DNA from: Syntrophales bacterium
GTDB lineage: Bacteria > Desulfobacterota > Syntrophia > Syntrophales > UBA2210
Length of the DNA: 64,000 bases
Reading direction: 5' to 3'
Assembly (NCBI GenBank): GCA_963666365.2
Contig: CAXXNF010000002.1
Span: 288,001 to 352,000, forward strand
Part shown: positions 1-14,833 of the stretch, in pieces
Layout: each line of letters starts with the position of its first letter
How positions within the stretch are numbered: position 1 is the first letter of the stretch
Notes under the pieces: generated by a model
What the model saw: the letters and a program-made list of their open reading frames with translations, nothing else
What the model was told of the DNA's origin: nothing
Database searches by the model: none
Program-made: the position numbers and the translations under genes

Positions 1-156
1 TTGCTGGAGAAAAATCTTGTACGGATTGTGGGGAGAAAGGATGTGCCGGGAAGACCCATCATGTACGGTACGACAAAACGATTTTTAGAGGTATTCACTC
101 TGAACGATCTTTCCGAATTGCCCACTCTGCGGGAAATCAGAGAACTGGAGGAATAA
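1..156 (+). CDS. scpB: SMC-ScpAB complex subunit ScpB, 3' end (partial at window edge)
   Basis: Frame 1 reads [51 protein letters not shown], the ScpB C-terminal GRPxxYGTTxxFL motif; directly upstream of rluB as is usual. Confidence 0.9.
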   Translation: MLEKNLVRIVGRKDVPGRPIMYGTTKRFLEVFTLNDLSELPTLREIRELEE

Positions 157-160
157 CCTT

Positions 161-901
161 ATGGGGGCAGAGCGGCTCCAGAAAATACTTGCCCGTGCCG
201 GTATTGCCTCTCGGCGGAAAGCGGAAGAGTTGATTCAAAGGGGCAAGGTAAGCGTGAACGGCGAAATAGTGACGGAACTGGGACGAAAGGCAGATGCCGC
301 CTTGGATATGATCCGGGTGGGGGATGCGCTCATTACCACAGATACCGTAACAGTATACCTCATGGTGCACAAGCCGGCGGGCGTCCTCACCTCGATGAAG
401 GATCCAAGGGAACGGAAAGTGGTGGCCCAGTTGGTTCAGGATGTGCCTGAAAGGGTGTTTCCCGTAGGACGGCTCGATTATCATTCCGAAGGCCTGCTCC
501 TCATGACCAATGACGGGGAATTCGCATATCGCGTTACCCACCCGAAATTCAGAATTGCCAAAACCTATAGGGTGAAAATAAAGGGCGCCATTCCCCCAGG
601 AGGACTCAAGGCGATTAACAATGGGATAAGCCTGAGCGACGGTTTTTTTAAACCGGCAAAGGTTGCCGTCGAGCGGGCGAATCCGAAAAGCACGTGGTTG
701 AAATTCACTATTTTCGAAGGGAAAAACAGAATTATTCGAAGATTCTTACAGGCCTTCGGCTACACTGTTCTGCGACTGGTGCGAACGGCGATTGCCGATA
801 TTGAACTGGGCGACCTCAAACCGGGAGGCTATCGCTATCTTACCAGGAAGGAGGTGCAGAGGCTTCTTGGATTTGCACAGAAAGAAGCCGGCGAAAATTA
901 A
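161..901 (+). CDS. rluB: RluB/RsuA-family rRNA pseudouridine synthase
   Basis: N-terminal S4 domain (RLQKILARAGIASRR), catalytic GRLD motif, EGKNRIIRR. Confidence 0.88.
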   Translation: MGAERLQKILARAGIASRRKAEELIQRGKVSVNGEIVTELGRKADAALDMIRVGDALITTDTVTVYLMVHKPAGVLTSMKDPRERKVVAQLVQDVPERVFPVGRLDYHSEGLLLMTNDGEFAYRVTHPKFRIAKTYRVKIKGAIPPGGLKAINNGISLSDGFFKPAKVAVERANPKSTWLKFTIFEGKNRIIRRFLQAFGYTVLRLVRTAIADIELGDLKPGGYRYLTRKEVQRLLGFAQKEAGEN

Positions 902-902
902 C

Positions 903-931
903 TTGACATTATAATCAAAATAAATAATACC
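903..931 (+). promoter_or_regulatory. putative sigma70 promoter for the IHF gene
   Basis: Perfect TTGACA at 903-908 followed by AT-rich DNA with an imperfect -10 (TAATAC). Confidence 0.4.
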
Positions 932-1021
932 TAGACCCTAAATAATCGCATCAAATCAAGATCATTGATTAATTTGTCTGGTCTTGACGGCACATTCAAT
1001 ATCTTCAGCAAAGGGGGCTAT

Positions 1022-1303
1022 ATGAACAAGTCGGAACTGATCGCTGCATTGAGTAAAAAGGAAGGCCTCACGGAAAAACAGGCTGCCGATACGGTCAATC
1101 TTATTTTCAAGAATTTCAATGAGGAGCTCAAAAAGGGAAATCGTATTGAAATAAGGGGGTTTGGAAGTTTCGTAGTCAGGGATTACGGCGCCTATACCGG
1201 ACGAAATCCCAAAACAGGAGGGGTTATAGAGGTATCTCCCAAAAAACTGCCCTTTTTCAAAGTGGGGAAGGAGCTTAAGGAAAGAGTTAACTCAGGTAAG
1301 TAA
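1022..1303 (+). CDS. ihfB: integration host factor subunit beta (HU/IHF family)
   Basis: MNKSELI...RIEIRGFGSF...GRNPKTG...PFFKVGKELKERVN; start moved to ATG 1022 after the AAGGGGG RBS. Confidence 0.85.
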   Translation: MNKSELIAALSKKEGLTEKQAADTVNLIFKNFNEELKKGNRIEIRGFGSFVVRDYGAYTGRNPKTGGVIEVSPKKLPFFKVGKELKERVNSGK

Positions 1304-1379
1304 CATCGTTCTTCCCGGGTTTCACCGCGAGCGGCAATACGTCAAAGGGGTGAGGGACTCGGCGGAAAGTGTGGTTGCC

Positions 1380-1403
1380 AAAGGGGGCATAGCCCCCTTT
1401 TTT
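1380..1403 (+). terminator. intrinsic terminator
   Basis: AAAGGGGGC-ATA-GCCCCCTTT stem followed by a T-tract. Confidence 0.75.
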
Positions 1404-1734
1404 GTCGTGTACGATTTTCTACTGCGGGGGAATCATTTCATAATTTGTAGATCTCGATTGGCCGGGACACATAATCATCACTCATTCATTTTCACGGGTA
1501 CATGCCACGCCTATGCTCGATGTTTAATAGACCATTTTAAGAAGGTGCTCCCCTGATATGGAATGCCGGCGCCTGTATGTCACATATTCCCGTGGTGTTC
1601 TCCATGCCGGGAATGCAACGGGGGGGCGATCACGATAGACAGGAATTTATATTTTTGTTGGGTGCGCACATATTGTTTTTCTTGATTTTCAGTGTGATGT
1701 CCATGCTAAGATGAGCTGCAGCAGGGGGACGGGT

Positions 1735-3945
1735 ATGAAAAAACAGAACAGGGGAAAGAGCCAATTGGAAGAGTCGGTATCCATAGAACAAAAAAAAATG
1801 CGAGAAAAGTCCGCCGGCGCCGGCGATAACAATGATCTTTACGATGCGCTGGCAAAAAGTTCACAGACCGGCGTGTATATTGTCCAGGACGGAGCATTCC
1901 AGTTTGTCAATCCATATATTTTGAATTACACCGGTTACACTGAGAAGGAGTGGCTGGGGAAACACTGCCTTACCTTTCTGTGTCCTGAAGATAAAGAAAA
2001 AACAAGGAAAAATGCCATTGCAATGTTGCGGGGAGAACGGAACGCTCCCTATGAGTATCGTGTCAAGACGAAAAAGGGCGAGGTGCGCTGGATTCTGGAA
2101 AACATTATTGCGGTACAATACCGGGGCAGAAGAGCGGTGCTGGGCAACACCATGAATATCACCGAGGAGAAACTCGCCAAGGCAAAACTCGCAGAAGCGG
2201 AAAAGCTGTACCGTGATTTCGCAAATAACACACAAACGGGCGTATTTGTTGCACAGAAAGGAAGAGTGAAGTTTGCCAATCCTCATTTATTGACATATTC
2301 CAGATATGATACGATGGAAGAGCTGCTCGATACCGAACTGATCAGTTTTGTCCACCCCGACGATAGGGAGAAAACAAAAAAGAATGCCAAAGAGATGCTG
2401 CGTGGCGCACGGACCTATCCATACGAATACCGAATGATTGCCCGCGACGGATCAATCCGGTGGATTCTGGAAACGGTGACGCACATAGACTATTTCGGTG
2501 AGCCGGCCGTATTGGGAAGTTCCGTCGATATCACCCAGCTTGTGGAAACGACGGAACACCTCGTTGCCGCGCAGGCGCTGGAATCATCCATTCTTTCCGC
2601 AATGCCTCATGCCGTAATCGGGTTGGAAAACAGGAAAATAATATTTGCCAACGATTCCGTGGAGGCCGTATTCGGATGGAAACCGCATGAATTGATTGGT
2701 CAGAGGACCCGGCTTCTTTATAGAAACAAGGCCGATTACGAGGCCATTGCAAAACGGTTTTATCCGATTCTCGAACATGAAAAGACCTACAGCGAAGAGT
2801 TCCCCTGCAGAACAAAAGACGGGACCGACATCGTCTGTATGGTAAATACGGCCAGGGTGGGAGATGTCCTCAGAAACAAGAAAGTAGTCGTCATTTATGA
2901 AGACATCACAGAGCGAAAAAAGGCGGAACAGGCCCTGCGCGAAAGCGAAGAGAAATATGCCGCTGTTGTTGAACAGGCCATGGACGGTATTATCATTGTG
3001 CAGAACGATATCTATCGTTTTGCCAACAGAGCCATGGCCGATATGTCGGGATATGCCGTAGAGGAGTTGGTCGGAATGCCCGTTGCCGACATATTTGCCT
3101 CTGAGGATCGAGATCCTGCCTATCAGCGTTATAAGAAGAGAGTGGCGGGAGAGGAAGTGCTGCCCGCCTACGAAGCGAAGCTTCTCTGCAAGGACGGCGC
3201 CGTCAAGGATGTGGAAATCGTCTTCGGAATTATTAAAATCGACGGTAAACGGGCCGATATGGGCTATGTCCGGGATATCACATTCAGGAAAAAGGCGCAG
3301 GAGGAGATTAAAAGAACCGTTGAACGTCTCAAAAAGCGTCTTGAAGAAACCGTGAATGCCCTTGCCTCGATTGCGGAAAAGAGAGATCCCTATACGGCGG
3401 GACACCAGCAGCGTGTGGCGCAGCTTGCGGGGGCAATTGCCCGTGAAATGAATCTTCCCGAGGATCGTGTCGAAAGTGTCGTTGTGGCTGCAACGCTCCA
3501 CGACATCGGCAAGATCTACGAGCCCTCTGAAATCTTGAGCAAACCGGATATTCTGACCGATATAGAGTTTCTCATGATGAAGGTGCATCCCGAAATCGGG
3601 TATGATATTTTAAAAAATATCGATTTTCCCTGGCCCGTGGCCCGGATCGTCCGACAACACCACGAACGCATTGACGGGTCGGGCTATCCCGATAATCTTA
3701 CCGACAAGGAGATACTCCTGGAGGCCAAGATTCTGGCTGTTGCAGACGTGGTTGAGGCCATGGCCTCCCATCGGCCGTACCGGTCAGCGCTCGGTGTTGA
3801 AACGGCGCTCAAGGAGATATCCAAAAACAGAGGTATCATTTATGACCGCGAGGTGGTGAACGTATGCCTGCGGTTGTTCAGAAAAAAGGGCTTTGCCTTC
3901 AAGCTCCGGGGTGCTCCGGACGTGCGCATTACGCGGGGATTGTAA
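1735..3945 (+). CDS. multi-PAS domain HD-GYP c-di-GMP phosphodiesterase
   Basis: Four PAS/PAC-like repeats followed by RDPYTAGHQQRV, TLHDIGK, HHERIDGSGYP and ADVVEAM..HRPYR; alternative start at 1711. Confidence 0.88.
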   Translation: MKKQNRGKSQLEESVSIEQKKMREKSAGAGDNNDLYDALAKSSQTGVYIVQDGAFQFVNPYILNYTGYTEKEWLGKHCLTFLCPEDKEKTRKNAIAMLRGERNAPYEYRVKTKKGEVRWILENIIAVQYRGRRAVLGNTMNITEEKLAKAKLAEAEKLYRDFANNTQTGVFVAQKGRVKFANPHLLTYSRYDTMEELLDTELISFVHPDDREKTKKNAKEMLRGARTYPYEYRMIARDGSIRWILETVTHIDYFGEPAVLGSSVDITQLVETTEHLVAAQALESSILSAMPHAVIGLENRKIIFANDSVEAVFGWKPHELIGQRTRLLYRNKADYEAIAKRFYPILEHEKTYSEEFPCRTKDGTDIVCMVNTARVGDVLRNKKVVVIYEDITERKKAEQALRESEEKYAAVVEQAMDGIIIVQNDIYRFANRAMADMSGYAVEELVGMPVADIFASEDRDPAYQRYKKRVAGEEVLPAYEAKLLCKDGAVKDVEIVFGIIKIDGKRADMGYVRDITFRKKAQEEIKRTVERLKKRLEETVNALASIAEKRDPYTAGHQQRVAQLAGAIAREMNLPEDRVESVVVAATLHDIGKIYEPSEILSKPDILTDIEFLMMKVHPEIGYDILKNIDFPWPVARIVRQHHERIDGSGYPDNLTDKEILLEAKILAVADVVEAMASHRPYRSALGVETALKEISKNRGIIYDREVVNVCLRLFRKKGFAFKLRGAPDVRITRGL

Positions 3946-3967
3946 GCAGTCAGTGTGAAAGAACGAG

Positions 3968-5332
3968 ATGAAGGATTGTCTGTGCGTGACGAACGGAGAA
4001 CAGTATAACTCTTTTTATATCCATACCTTCGGGTGTCAAATGAATGTGAGTGATTCGGAGAAGGTGGCCTTTCTGCTTGAACGCAGAGGCTACCGTCGGA
4101 TCGAGGATATGGAAAAAGCGGACATCGTGATTGTCAATACCTGCAGTGTCAGGGACAAGGCGGAGCAGAAAGCGCATAGTCTGCTGGGGCGATTGCGGCA
4201 GATCAAAAAAACCAGGCCGCACCTCATGGTGGGCGTTGTTGGATGTCTGGCACAACAGTGGGGAAAAAAATATTTTAAAAAAATGCCCCAGCTTGATTTT
4301 GTCTGCGGGACCCACAACATAGATAAAATTCCTTCCATGATCGAGGCGGTCATTGAAGGAGAACGCAGGATTGAAGAAACACGTTTTTACGCCCATGTGC
4401 CCTCACTGGATCTATGTGTGCCCTCAACCAATGGACACATCGGCGCCTTTGTCACCATAATGCAGGGATGCAATAATTTCTGTGCCTATTGTATTGTCCC
4501 CTATGTGCGGGGTAGGGAGGAAAGCAGGCCGTCCGGCGATATCCTTCGCGAGATAAGGGCATTGGCCCGACAGGGCGTAAAGGAAGTAACGCTTCTTGGA
4601 CAGAATGTAAATTCATACGGAAGTACTCTTGCGGAAGCTGTTGACTTTCCCACGCTTCTGAGGATGATCGGCGCCATCGAGGGGATAGAAAGAATCCGCT
4701 TCACTACCTCTCATCCCAAGGATTTTTCCGAGGCTCTGATCAATTCCTTTGTGAGCATTGAAAAGGTATGCGAGCACATACATCTTCCCGTGCAGTCCGG
4801 TTCCAACGAGGTGCTGAAAAGGATGGGACGCGGATATACCATAGAGGACTATATCGGCAAGCTGGAACGTCTGAAATCAGTATGCCCATCAATAAGTATT
4901 ACCACGGATATTATTGTGGGATTCCCCGGTGAAAGCGATAAATATTTTCAAAAAACTATTGACCTTATGAAGAAAGTGCGGTTTGATAATATTTTTTCTT
5001 TTAAATACTCCGACAGGTTGGGTGTCGCCGCCTCCGGCTATGACGGCAAAGTGCCTGAAGAAGTGAAAACGGAACGTTTACAGATACTTCAGGCCTTTCA
5101 GTCGTCTATTGCCGTGGACAAGAACAGAGCGCAAGAGGGGAAGATCGAGCCTGTACTGGTGGAGGGGACAAGTAAGGGGTCTCCTGCCGATGTAACGGGC
5201 CGGACACGGGGCAACAGAATCGTAAACTTCACCGGCAGCAGCTCCCTTGTAGGAACTACCGTTCCGGTGAGAATTGTACGAGGGTATGCCCATTCGCTGA
5301 GAGGTCGGACACTTTCAGGGGAAGAGAGGTAA
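3968..5332 (+). CDS. miaB: tRNA-i6A37 methylthiotransferase MiaB
   Basis: TFGCQMN UPF0004 domain, radical SAM CNNFCAYC motif, C-terminal TRAM domain. Confidence 0.93.
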   Translation: MKDCLCVTNGEQYNSFYIHTFGCQMNVSDSEKVAFLLERRGYRRIEDMEKADIVIVNTCSVRDKAEQKAHSLLGRLRQIKKTRPHLMVGVVGCLAQQWGKKYFKKMPQLDFVCGTHNIDKIPSMIEAVIEGERRIEETRFYAHVPSLDLCVPSTNGHIGAFVTIMQGCNNFCAYCIVPYVRGREESRPSGDILREIRALARQGVKEVTLLGQNVNSYGSTLAEAVDFPTLLRMIGAIEGIERIRFTTSHPKDFSEALINSFVSIEKVCEHIHLPVQSGSNEVLKRMGRGYTIEDYIGKLERLKSVCPSISITTDIIVGFPGESDKYFQKTIDLMKKVRFDNIFSFKYSDRLGVAASGYDGKVPEEVKTERLQILQAFQSSIAVDKNRAQEGKIEPVLVEGTSKGSPADVTGRTRGNRIVNFTGSSSLVGTTVPVRIVRGYAHSLRGRTLSGEER

Positions 5333-5334
5333 AC

Positions 5335-5835
5335 ATGTTGGTCGAGATGAAAGTTTTCGGATTGGCTATTGATCCGATAACAAGTACCCCCATTGTGATT
5401 TTAAAAGATCTTCAGGAAAAAAAGGTCGTTCCTATATGGATTGGATTGTTTGAAGCGAGTGCGATTGCGACACAGCTCGAGAAGATAGATCTTTCAAGGC
5501 CCATGACCCACGATCTGATGAATGACATACTGAATGCCCTGGAGGTGAAGGTAAGCAGAATTGTGATTACCGATTTGAAAAATAATACCTTTTTTGCCCT
5601 TATTGACATGGTAAAAAACGGAGACGATCTTATGATTGATTCCCGTCCGAGCGATGCGATCGCACTTGCCTTAAGGGCCGGTGCGCCTATATTTGTGGAT
5701 GAAACGGTAATCGAGAAGTCGACGGATATCAATTTTGGAAACAGGACAGGCGATCTGAATAATTATACAAAGGAGCAGTTAAGGGAGTTTTTGGAAAATC
5801 TTACCCCTGAGGATTTTGGAAAATACAAGATGTAG
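5335..5835 (+). CDS. bifunctional nuclease family protein (DUF151)
   Basis: PIWIGLFEA..IA, RPMTHDL, DSRPSDAIALALR motifs. Confidence 0.88.
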   Translation: MLVEMKVFGLAIDPITSTPIVILKDLQEKKVVPIWIGLFEASAIATQLEKIDLSRPMTHDLMNDILNALEVKVSRIVITDLKNNTFFALIDMVKNGDDLMIDSRPSDAIALALRAGAPIFVDETVIEKSTDINFGNRTGDLNNYTKEQLREFLENLTPEDFGKYKM

Positions 5836-5862
5836 CTTCAGTTATTTTGACGCACTGTTACT

Positions 5863-6093
5863 ATGAAGGAAGAAATTCGAAGATTGTATCTCAAGGCAGG
5901 TGATCAAGTGGTTCATCTCCGGTTTCCAGAATGGGGGTTCGGGGTTGTCGTGGAGGAGCGTAACTCGGGAGTAGTGGGCGGCATGTCCTATGTGAAGGTA
6001 ACCTTCAGAGATGGTCGCACCAGGATATTTGACAACAACTTTGACAACGCCTGCTGCTGCTATTATGCCGGTATACGCAGATGCACCGATTGA
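5863..6093 (+). CDS. DUF3553-like small SH3-type protein
   Basis: GDQVVH..PEWGFGVV...VTFRDG; Cys-rich tail CCCYYAGIRR. Confidence 0.65.
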   Translation: MKEEIRRLYLKAGDQVVHLRFPEWGFGVVVEERNSGVVGGMSYVKVTFRDGRTRIFDNNFDNACCCYYAGIRRCTD

Positions 6094-6116
6094 CGGTGGT
6101 GGTAAAGGAAAGATCG

Positions 6117-7025
6117 ATGGAACAGGCCGTCGTGAACTTTGAACGACACATTGCAGTTGAAAAAAATCTCTCCGCCCATACCGTCAGAAACTATATCGCG
6201 GATATCAGGCAGTTTGGAGCATTTCTAAAAGGGCGGAGCAAAGAGACCGTTACCGAAATAGATCAGGATGACATACGGTCCTACCTGGCCCGGCTCTACC
6301 GAAGCAAGGTCAAAAAGGCGACAATTTCGCGAAAACTTGCAAGTGTGAGAGCATTTTTCAAATTTCTTCTCCGTGAAGGGAAAATCCGTGAGAACCCCGC
6401 CGAGACGCTGCAGGGCCCTAAGTCGGAAAAATACCTTCCCGCTTTCCTGTCGGTTGACGAAGCCTTCGGGCTCCTGGGAGTGACATTTGCCCCCGACATA
6501 ATGGGATCGCGCGACAAAGCCATGCTTGAAATGCTCTATTCGACCGGTATGCGTGTGGGAGAACTTGCCGGGATGAATGTGAGCGAGGTAGATTTTTCAA
6601 CATCTTTGGCAAGAGTCCGGGGCAAGGGAAGAAAGGAGCGGATGGTGCCCATTGGCGAACCGGCCCTGCGGGCTCTTGAAGCATATCTGGAGAGGAGATG
6701 GGGCGCCTTTCCTGACAGTCGCACCAACGATGGGATGCAGGCGCCGCTATTTCTGAACAGGCGAGGAACGAGGCTTTCCTCGAGAAGCATGGCGCGCATT
6801 CTTGACAAATATGCACGGGCCAGCGGTATGGGAAAGAGGATCAGCCCTCACGTGATGCGGCATACCTTTGCAACGCACCTGTTAGATGCAGGCGCGGACT
6901 TGCGGGCGATTCAGGAACTGTTAGGTCACAAAAGCCTTTCGACGACGCAGAAATACACTTCGCTGAGCCTGTCGAAATTATTGGAAGTATACGATAAAAG
7001 CCATCCGATGGCGCACAAGGGATAA
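6117..7025 (+). CDS. xerC: tyrosine recombinase XerC
   Basis: [43 protein letters not shown]; conserved position before hslVU; alternative start at 6081. Confidence 0.88.
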   Translation: MEQAVVNFERHIAVEKNLSAHTVRNYIADIRQFGAFLKGRSKETVTEIDQDDIRSYLARLYRSKVKKATISRKLASVRAFFKFLLREGKIRENPAETLQGPKSEKYLPAFLSVDEAFGLLGVTFAPDIMGSRDKAMLEMLYSTGMRVGELAGMNVSEVDFSTSLARVRGKGRKERMVPIGEPALRALEAYLERRWGAFPDSRTNDGMQAPLFLNRRGTRLSSRSMARILDKYARASGMGKRISPHVMRHTFATHLLDAGADLRAIQELLGHKSLSTTQKYTSLSLSKLLEVYDKSHPMAHKG

Positions 7026-7579
7026 TGACGGAAATGACGATACGAAGTACTACTATTTTGGCAGTCAAACATCGCGGCAAGGTTGTGGTTGCCGGGGACG
7101 GGCAGGTGACCCTGGATATCACCGTACTCAAACACGGGGCACGAAAGGTGCGGAGGCTCTATCACAACAGGGTGATCGTCGGTTTCGCCGGCGCAACCGC
7201 CGATGCCTTCACCCTTTTCGACCGTTTTGATCAAAAATTGGAGCAATACGGCGGCAATCTTCTCAGAGCCGCAGTCGAGCTTACAAAGGACTGGAGAACC
7301 GATCGCGTTCTGCGTCATCTCGAGGCCCTCATGATTGCGGTAAGCGCCGAAGATTCTCTTATAATCTCGGGAAACGGGGATGTAATCGAGTCGGATGATG
7401 ATATCCTGGCAATTGGATCGGGAGGGCCCTACGCATTGGCGGCCGCTCGCGCGCTGGTCGCTCACAGTGAACTCGATACGGTGGAAATTGTAAAAGAGGC
7501 AATGAAAATAGCGGCGGATATTTGCATTTATACAAACCACTCTCTCACTATTGAAGAGTTGGATGTGCCGGAGGAATGA
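7025..7579 (+). CDS. hslV: ATP-dependent protease subunit HslV
   Basis: [40 protein letters not shown]. Confidence 0.95.
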   Translation: MTEMTIRSTTILAVKHRGKVVVAGDGQVTLDITVLKHGARKVRRLYHNRVIVGFAGATADAFTLFDRFDQKLEQYGGNLLRAAVELTKDWRTDRVLRHLEALMIAVSAEDSLIISGNGDVIESDDDILAIGSGGPYALAAARALVAHSELDTVEIVKEAMKIAADICIYTNHSLTIEELDVPEE

Positions 7580-7726
7580 TCAGGAAGTGACGCAAAGGCA
7601 TCATACATGAGAACCGGTCATGTACCGTCGCATGAGGCAAAACCCCCGTAACGGCCTGAGGCCATGGGGGTTTAATGCTTGTGCCTTGTGCCTACAATGG
7701 AATGAAAAGGAGAACAAAACAGACAT

Positions 7727-10083
<2,357 letters not shown>

Positions 10084-10118
10084 TAAGAGACGGCTTAAAT
10101 ACTGAGGGAAGACCAAAT

Positions 10119-11305
<1,187 letters not shown>

Positions 11306-11309
<4 letters not shown>

Positions 11310-12235
11310 AAAAAGATTTTGTGACGCTCTATGGTCTTGAAAAGGCCGTCATGGATGAAATTATGGATCGGGCCGCGCGGCTGAAGGCATTCAACAAAAA
11401 GGGGATCAGCTATCAGCCCCTGAAGGGGAAGACCCTGGGTATGATCTTTGACAAGTCGTCAACGCGCACGAGACTTTCCTTCGAAGTGGGTATGTATCAG
11501 CTGGGAGGGATCGCAACGTTTCTGAGTCGACGGGATATTCAACTGGGCCGTGGAGAGACTGTGCCCGATACGGCCCGTATTATGTCCTGCTATCTCGATT
11601 GTGTGATGATACGGACATTCGAACAGAGTCTTGTCGATGAATTTGCGCGCTGCGCCTCGATTCCGGTGATCAACGGTCTTACCGATCTGCTTCATCCCTG
11701 TCAGATTGCGGCAGATCTCTTTACCATAAAGGAAAAGAAGCATGCCTGCGAAGGGCTTACCATCGCCTATATAGGGGACGGGAACAATATGGCGAACTCC
11801 TGGATCAATGCGGCGACAGTGCTCCCCTTCAGACTGACGCTGGCCTGTCCCGAAGGGTACGACCCCGACACGACAATTCTCGATCGGGGCATAAAGGAGG
11901 CAAAAAGGGGTGTCGAACTCTTTCGATCTCCCGAAGATGCTGTTCGGAACGCCGATGTGATCTACACCGATGTGTGGGCAAGCATGGGGCAGGAAAGCGA
12001 GCACGAAGCGCGCTTGAAGATTTTTAAAGGGTACCAGGTCAATGACAGGCTGCTGGGCGGTGCGAAACCCGATGCGATTGTGATGCATTGCCTGCCGGCG
12101 CATAGAGGCGAAGAGATAACGGCGGAGGTGCTCGAAGGCCCCCGCTCCGTAGTAATAGATGAAGCGGAAAACAGACTTCACGTGCAAAAAGCAATAATGG
12201 AGATGCTTTTGGAAGGAGGAAAAACAAGTGAGTGA
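11306..12235 (+). CDS. argF: ornithine carbamoyltransferase
   Basis: SSTRTR, HPCQ, DVWASMG, HCLP motifs. Confidence 0.95.
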
Positions 12236-13442
12236 ACAGGTTAAAAAAGTAGTTCTTGCCTATTCGGGGGGGTTGGATACGTCGGTGATCGTCAAATGGC
12301 TTCTTGATGTGTTCAATTGTGAGGTCATCGCCTTTGCCGCCGATGTGGGGCAGAAAGAGGAATTGGCCGGTCTTGATAAAAAGGCGATACAGACGGGGGC
12401 AAGTAAAATATATATTGAAGACCTGCGGGAAGAATTTGTGCAGGATTTCGTGTTTCCGGCACTGCGGGCAAACGCCGTCTATGAGGGAACCTATCTTCTG
12501 GGAACATCCCTTGCCCGTCCCCTCATTGCAAAGCGACAGATCGAAATCGCAAGGGCTGAGGGCGCCGATGCCGTATGTCACGGCGCAACGGGTAAAGGAA
12601 ACGACCAGGTCCGGTTCGAAATGACCTATATGGCCCTGAATCCTTCCATACGGATCATTTCGCCCTGGAAGGACGACCGCTGGACCCTCCGGTCCCGCGA
12701 CGCCATGATCGATTATGCGGAGCAACACAACATTCCTGTCACCATCACAAAGAAGAAACCCTACAGTGAGGACAGGAATCTTCTGCACATATCCCATGAA
12801 GGCGGCATCCTGGAGGACCTGTGGTCGGAGCCGCCGGAAGATATGTTTGTGTTGACCCAGTCGCCGGAGAAAGCCCCCGAAAGGCCCACCTACATGGAGC
12901 TTGATTTCGAACGGGGAAACCCCGTGGCCGTTGACGGAAAGGCCATGAGTCCGGCTTCGCTGCTGGACTATGTCAACGAAGCGGCAGGCGTCAACGGTAT
13001 CGGACGGCTCGATATGGTGGAAAACCGGTTCGTGGGCATGAAATCGCGCGGCGTCTATGAAACTCCCGGCGGCACGCTTCTGTGGAGAGCGCACCGCGCC
13101 ATGGAGACGATTACGATGGACAGGGAAGTCATGCTGCTGAGGGATTCCCTCATTCCCAAGTACGCACAGCTTGCCTATAACGGTTTCTGGTACGCGCCCG
13201 AGATGGTGTTGCTGCAGAAACTGATAGACGAGTCCCAGGCGACGGTGAACGGCACGGTCCGTATGAAGCTTTACAAGGGGAATTGCACCCCGGTGGGATT
13301 GAAATCTCCTGATTCATTATACCGTGAAGATTTTGCCACCTTTGACCAGGACGCCGTCTACGACCATAAAGATGCAACCGGGTTTATCCGGCTCAACGCC
13401 CTGAGGATGAAAATCAGGGCGCTGAAAGAGGCTGAAAAGTAG
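12228..13442 (+). CDS. argG: argininosuccinate synthase
   Basis: [32 protein letters not shown]. Confidence 0.96.
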   Translation: MSEQVKKVVLAYSGGLDTSVIVKWLLDVFNCEVIAFAADVGQKEELAGLDKKAIQTGASKIYIEDLREEFVQDFVFPALRANAVYEGTYLLGTSLARPLIAKRQIEIARAEGADAVCHGATGKGNDQVRFEMTYMALNPSIRIISPWKDDRWTLRSRDAMIDYAEQHNIPVTITKKKPYSEDRNLLHISHEGGILEDLWSEPPEDMFVLTQSPEKAPERPTYMELDFERGNPVAVDGKAMSPASLLDYVNEAAGVNGIGRLDMVENRFVGMKSRGVYETPGGTLLWRAHRAMETITMDREVMLLRDSLIPKYAQLAYNGFWYAPEMVLLQKLIDESQATVNGTVRMKLYKGNCTPVGLKSPDSLYREDFATFDQDAVYDHKDATGFIRLNALRMKIRALKEAEK

Positions 13443-13447
13443 ATGTT

Positions 13448-14833
13448 ATGACGAACAAAAAACCCTGGGGCGGTCGATTCAAGGAAACCACCGACAGCCG
13501 CGTGGAAGCGTTTACCGCCTCTATTCACTATGATCGGCGTCTCTTTCGCCACGACATCGCCGGGAGCATTGCCCACGCAAGGATGCTGGCGAAGGTGGGC
13601 ATTATCACCGAGGCGGAAGCCGACCGGATCGTGTCCGCTCTTGAGGGCATTTGCGATGACATGGAAAAAGGCGCCTTCACCTTCAGGCAGGATCTGGAAG
13701 ACATTCACATGACGGTGGAGAGCGCCCTGACCGAGCGAATCGGCGAGACAGGAGGGAAACTCCATACAGCCCGAAGCAGAAACGATCAGGTGGCCCTGGA
13801 CATGCGGCTCTACCTCAGGGAGGAGATAGTGCATGTCATCGGACTGATCGGGCAGTTGAAAAAAACCCTGGTCGAGAGGGCAAAGGAAGAGATCGACACC
13901 GTCATGCCAGGGTATACCCACCTGCAGAAGGCCCAGCCGGTGCTGCTCTCCCATCACCTTCTGGCCTATTGGGAAATGTTCCATCGAGACGAACTGCGTC
14001 TGCACTCATGTCATGAGCGGGTCAATGTGATGCCCCTGGGATCGGCGGCCCTTGCCGGCACAAGCATTCCCATTGATCGGGCCTATGTGGCGGAGCTTCT
14101 CGAGTTCCCGAGTATTTCAGGGAACAGTATGGACGCCGTTTCGGACCGGGATTTTGTGGCGGAATTCATTTTTGATGCGTCGCTTGTCATGATGCACCTT
14201 TCCCGTTTCTGCGAAGATCTCATCCTCTGGTCCACCGACCGGTTCGACTTTGTGGAAATGGCCGATTCCTTCACTACGGGAAGCAGCATAATGCCGCAGA
14301 AGAAAAATCCTGATGTGGCGGAACTGATACGGGGAAAAACAGGGCGCGTATACGGCAGTCTGATGTCCATTCTGACCGTGATGAAGGGACTTCCCATGAC
14401 CTATGATCGCGACCTTCAGGAGGATAAAGAGCCCTTGTTCGATACGGTGGATACGGTGAAGGCAAGTCTCGAAGTCTTTGAGGCGCTGGTGGGGGCTCTC
14501 GCATTCAATAAAGAGAGGATGGAGGAAGAGGCCCTGGAGGGATTTGCGGCGGCGACCGATGTGGCCGAATACCTCGTAACCAAAGGGATGCCCTTTCGGA
14601 AGGCCCATCATATTGTGGGGCAACTGGTCGGGTATTGTCTCGATCAAAAAAAGGACTTTGCCGCGTTAAGGCTTGACGAAATCAGGAATTTCTATGACGG
14701 GGCGACGGAGGAGATATTTCAGTATTTCGATATTCATAAATCGGTTGAACGACGATCGGCTGTCGGGGGGACGGCACGCGACGCGGTGCTTCGAAGAATC
14801 AGGGAAATTGAAGAGACCTATGGATCAGTATAG
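13448..14833 (+). CDS. argH: argininosuccinate lyase
   Basis: WGGRF, HTARSRNDQ, GYTHLQ, GSSIMPQKKNPD. Confidence 0.96.
   Translation: MTNKKPWGGRFKETTDSRVEAFTASIHYDRRLFRHDIAGSIAHARMLAKVGIITEAEADRIVSALEGICDDMEKGAFTFRQDLEDIHMTVESALTERIGETGGKLHTARSRNDQVALDMRLYLREEIVHVIGLIGQLKKTLVERAKEEIDTVMPGYTHLQKAQPVLLSHHLLAYWEMFHRDELRLHSCHERVNVMPLGSAALAGTSIPIDRAYVAELLEFPSISGNSMDAVSDRDFVAEFIFDASLVMMHLSRFCEDLILWSTDRFDFVEMADSFTTGSSIMPQKKNPDVAELIRGKTGRVYGSLMSILTVMKGLPMTYDRDLQEDKEPLFDTVDTVKASLEVFEALVGALAFNKERMEEEALEGFAAATDVAEYLVTKGMPFRKAHHIVGQLVGYCLDQKKDFAALRLDEIRNFYDGATEEIFQYFDIHKSVERRSAVGGTARDAVLRRIREIEETYGSV

Noticed and set aside
953..970. IHF autoregulatory site (AATCAAGATCATTGATT near-palindrome)
   Set aside because: Off by one base from the WATCAA-N4-TTR consensus on both strands, so it cannot be supported
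6117..7025. Phage or island integrase
   Set aside because: Sequence and conserved position before hslVU match housekeeping XerC
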